In this document: positions 60,132 to 64,000 of the stretch, piece by piece
Layout: the number at the start of each line of letters is the position of its first letter
Position numbering within the stretch: position 1 is the first letter of the stretch
NCBI RefSeq assembly: GCF_009914755.1
Contig: NC_060928.1
From: the human T2T-CHM13v2.0 reference genome, Homo sapiens
Length of the DNA stretch: 64,000 nt
Strand: one strand, 5' to 3'
The notes under the pieces: model-generated
The model's input: the letters and a program-made list of their open reading frames with translations, nothing else
What the model was told of the DNA's origin: nothing
Database searches by the model: none
Translations under genes and position numbers: made by a program

Positions 60132-60708
60132 GCAGTAATTCTACTTCTGGGAATATTTCTCAAAAAAACTGAAATCAAGATGTTGAGATGTATTTACACC
60201 TATGTTCATCGCAACATTATTTACAATAGCTGAGATAATAAAAAATCTAAATGTCCATTGACAAATGAATAAAGAAAATGTGTTATGTACCTATAATAGG
60301 CTTTTGTTTAGACTTAAAAAGGAACGAAATCCTGCCATATGTATCAACATTAATGACACTGGAGGACATTATGCTAAATGAAATACAGCAGTTACAGAAC
60401 AATACTGTATAACTTCATTTACATGAGATATTCCAGATAGTCAGACTCATAGATAGAACTCCCATTTCCCTTCCCTTACAAACTCTGGCAACCACCATTC
60501 CACTCTGCGTAAAGTAGAACCACTATTCTCCTCTGAGTATGAGTAGAATGGTGGTTGCCAGAGTTTGTAAGGGAGGGGAAATGGGGAATTGCTATTGAAT
60601 GGCTGTAATATTTTTGTTATACACAAAAAGTAGTAACGATCGCTATACAACATTTGTTAAGAGGATAGATTTCATGTTTATTGTTTTTACCACTATAATT
60701 TTAAAAAC
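60132..60708 (+). mobile_element. Old L1 (L1MA9/L1MB-like) 3' end, probable continuation of the 53755-54357 host
   Basis: cagtaattctacttctggg...tatgttcatcgcaacattatttacaatagc...ggaggacattatgctaaatgaaata...gttaagaggatagatttcatgtta...taccactataa. Confidence 0.85.
60461..60585. repeat. Inverted repeat: 45-bp arms (43/45 complementary), 35-nt spacer
   Basis: 60461-60505 cccatttcccttcccttacaaactctggcaaccaccattccactc versus the reverse complement of 60541-60585. Confidence 0.97.
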
Positions 60709-62509
60709 AGCATATACTAATATTATTGCCCAGGACTTTCCTGTGGGACTTGTTATAGAAAATGAGGCATTTAGATAAAGAAGATTAGAGGAATTGAAAT
60801 CAAAACAAAAAGGAGAGAATTTCTATGTATTACAGTTTTCAGCATATTAATAAGATTGTGAATCTCTAAGAAGCAAATATTATATCTAACATTTACTATT
60901 CCTAATAAAAACATAGTTCTCAAAGATTATGTACAGCATGAAAACATTTTCAGTTAAGATAATTAATAAGTAAAAAATAACTTTAGAAACCTATGTAAAA
61001 GAAACAAGGTTTTATTTTAAAAAGAAGATAAGAGAATGGTGAATGTGTGATTCAGAAAGATGATAACTTCTTTAAGGAGAAGCTGGGTTAGAGAGATGAG
61101 GATCTTCATATGTTTTTAGGAGTTATTATTAAAATGTGAGAATTTTTTGTATGTGGTGCTTCATGGGTATTTTTTACACTTAGATAAATATGAGTTTATA
61201 AAATTAAATGAAAAAGAAAGCTAATACATGAAAGAAGGCTAGGCGTAGATCAATGCCAATAGCATGTATAGAAGCAAAGATTAAGAATAATCCAAATATG
61301 TGCAGGTACAACTAAAAATAATTTAAATAACTAATGTAAGAAAACATTTTACTTCCAGTAAGAATTGTACTCTGGCTGAATCACTTTTAATAATTTCTTG
61401 AGATTTGTTGAATTTGTCATCCACTTCTAACAGTTCTAATTTACTAACTCGTGTATTTTTCTGGCCTATTTCTTCCCACCTGCTATGTCTATTTATATGT
61501 GTCTTTTTTATGTTTAGTCTTAGTCTTAGTATTGGCAATTGATTTACATTATGTGGTATAGGCCTGACAATTAACTGAGAGCAGGTATTTCCACCACCAT
61601 GGGTTGGCGGAATAGCAGCAATCATGCTGCCTATTACCTTGTTAGTGCACTATAATGAGTTTTGAAGAAGTCAGTTCCATATTTTAACTCTTTCTTGGAC
61701 TTTTGGAGCAAATGAAAGACAAGCTCTATCCCATGGGTCTATTGTCAACCTTACAAATGGGAGTTTACAGATTTCTTCTTATCAAATTATTCCTATGGAT
61801 AGGCATGTTCTGTGGCCTTGGTATGTTCTGATGCTTGTGTCCAGGCACTTGCATATCCCACAGGAAAGAAAAGCCTTGTCAGCTCTCCTAACTAAAGCTG
61901 TGTGTGAGCTTTATTTAAGCTCAGCTGACTGCTAAACCCAAAGCCACATGCCTTGGGAAAGGTGGATAAAAGATGGTGCGAATGATGAGTATGAAACTCA
62001 CAGAAAGTCATTTCTTATATCTTTTGCTTCAGGGAGCATAGTTGACTCACAGCCTCAGATACTGCCCTTCAGGATCCACCACTACCTGCCTGCAGGTAAT
62101 GCTTCCCCCTTCCACCCCCTGTCCAGCATTCTCTTAGGTAATAAATGAGCATTGCTAGAGGAACCAGTGCAGGCTTCTCCTTCAGGAAGCAAGTCTTCTG
62201 TAGTGAGCAAATATGGCTTAATACTCTCATCTGCCTCCCTAAGATTTTCCTAGAACTGTGCTGTGTGCTGGAGATTCTTTCTGTGTGTTCCCAGGTGTTT
62301 GGACGGCCTTGTGGTCCAAAGGTTTCCCTTCCTACTTCTACACCCTCCCCTTTGTCCTTCACAGCCATTTCCTTAAATAAATCTCAGGAATGTAAAACCT
62401 GTCATGGTGTCTTGCTTCTCAGAGGATCCAAACTGACACAACAGGAAAGCAAGTTTTGTACACAATACTGCGCTCACAGAATCTTTGGTATGGCTATAAT
62501 ATCATAATG

Positions 62510-62810
62510 TATCAAATTATAATATATTCTGACCAATTAGGTTTTATTCCAAGAATATGAGAAACATACCAATGTAATCCATTTCATCAACAAAGTAAAA
62601 GAGTTACTGTATGCTCTTATTACTAAGTGTGGAAAATGCATTTGATGAAATTTAACGGCTCTTTTTAATAAAGACATAGACTAGAAAGGGCTTATATAAA
62701 CAAAATAAAAATATTTACTAAGAGACAACAGAAATATTACTCTAAAAAGCACTGAAAGCAATCCAATTAAAAATATGAACTTGTCATGGCTGCCTGTGGT
62801 GACTAATAAT
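62510..62810 (+). mobile_element. Very old L1 ORF2 RT fragment
   Basis: tgaccaattaggttttattccaagaatatg...aatgtaatccatttcatcaaca...gaaaatgcatttgatgaaattt. Confidence 0.65.
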
Positions 62811-63743
62811 ACCTTTGCCTCAAAAGTGATTGACAGATGCCTACAGGAATATTTAAGGATATAACGTGTAGTAGAAACTTTTAGTATGACATGGCAGCTA
62901 TGTAGATTATCTTGCTCCTCTCCTGGAAATCATGTAAGGTAGCAAAAATAAAATAAATTGCAGTTTCCATATTCATTGAAACTGGAAGTCAGATATGATT
63001 TACAGGTTCTGAAGTATAAGTTACTGAAATCAATTGAATCTTTGCAGATGTCATGCAAGAATAAGTGTGGAGGTTCTTTATTTGGCCCAGAGGTGGCTGA
63101 TTCAAGAATGTACTGTAAAAATATGCTTCCCACAAGTAAAAGAATCATTCTAAGGGGCAAGCACTATATTTCTTATTTTTAATAACCGCATATGTAACCT
63201 CATTGGGCTGAGACCACATAGAATATGCTCCCATGGAGACGAAGAGAAGAGACATGGAGAATGGAGAGTATCAAGGGAACTCAGCAGAAAGGGATTTCTA
63301 GTCAGAAAAATGCATGGTCTGAATTTAATGTGTTCACTGTGAATTAAAGAATTCCATTTTGCAGTGATTTTGGTAAAAGCAAGAATTCCAGGGTTGGTAG
63401 CAAAAGCTCTCTAGTTTCAACTTTGTTCAAGAAATACAGGAAATGGAGTTTCAATGAAAACACAGAGAAGGCTTATTTCAAAAAAACAAAAAAATCTTTC
63501 TTGGGTGCTTCAGACTCTAACCTCTCCGTGGTGAATAGAAAATCCCTGCAAATAATTAGTCTAATAAAAACCAATATGTTCAATAATGAGTAACAATATA
63601 GTATATGTTAGAACATTATTATAATATTGCTATTAGAGGAATTTAGAAAAGAGAAACAAAACTTTCAAACTGCTAAAGAATTACTTAAACGAAAAAAAGT
63701 TCATCAGGGCAATTGGTAAGCATATATTCTTTTATAAAATAAT

Positions 63744-63744
<1 letters not shown>

Positions 63745-63774
<30 letters not shown>
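63745..63774. repeat. (CA)15 microsatellite
   Basis: Perfect CA x15. Confidence 0.97.
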
Positions 63775-63775
<1 letters not shown>

Positions 63776-64000
63776 GTTTGTGCTCACTCCTACAAAGGGA
63801 GATCACAAAGCAGAAGTGCAAAAAGTCAAGGAAGAAATTATAAAAAGTTGATGAGTACAGGAAACATAAACTGGTAAAACTTAGGTAAAAATTGAAGAAA
63901 AAATAATGCCCTCAAAAGTATGAAGATGAAATTGGAAGTGATACAAGATATAATTCATCAAAGGAAATAACGGTGACATAGAGAATACAAATTTAAAAAC

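Noticed and set aside
62060-62102. Possible 23-nt micro-exon (cccttcag|gatcc...ctgcag|gtaatg)
   Set aside because: Weak polypyrimidine tract and no supporting gene structure; cannot be supported without transcript data.

Overview
AT-rich primate (human-like) genomic DNA, intronic or intergenic in character. Alu, L1PA and MSTA elements identify it as primate. I found no recognisable host protein-coding exon, RNA gene or CpG island. Every ORF I can recognise is a translation of Alu, L1 or ERV sequence, and the rest look like chance ORFs. The window is a layered transposon record: a decayed ERVL provirus (1-4.6 kb, minus), a MER4-group ERV1 nested in an old L1 (7.5-11.6 kb), a two-LTR MER50 provirus carrying an L1PA4 (22.1-29.0 kb), six Alus, Tigger/MER DNA-transposon relics, L2/MIR, an old L1 5' region (46-48.7 kb) and a nested L1/LTR stack (53.7-60.7 kb). 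I see no evidence of a new biological system. The best leads are mechanistic footprints visible in the sequence. (1) A 45-bp-arm, 43/45-identical inverted duplication with a third templated copy in its loop (60.46-60.59 kb). (2) A twin-primed L1 whose TSD resembles the internal priming site (45.7-46.1 kb). (3) An L1PA4 with a 13-nt candidate 3' transduction and a TSD recording opposite CpG decay. (4) Strongly asymmetric MER50 LTRs. Subfamily names come from remembered consensus sequences, and boundaries of old elements are approximate.
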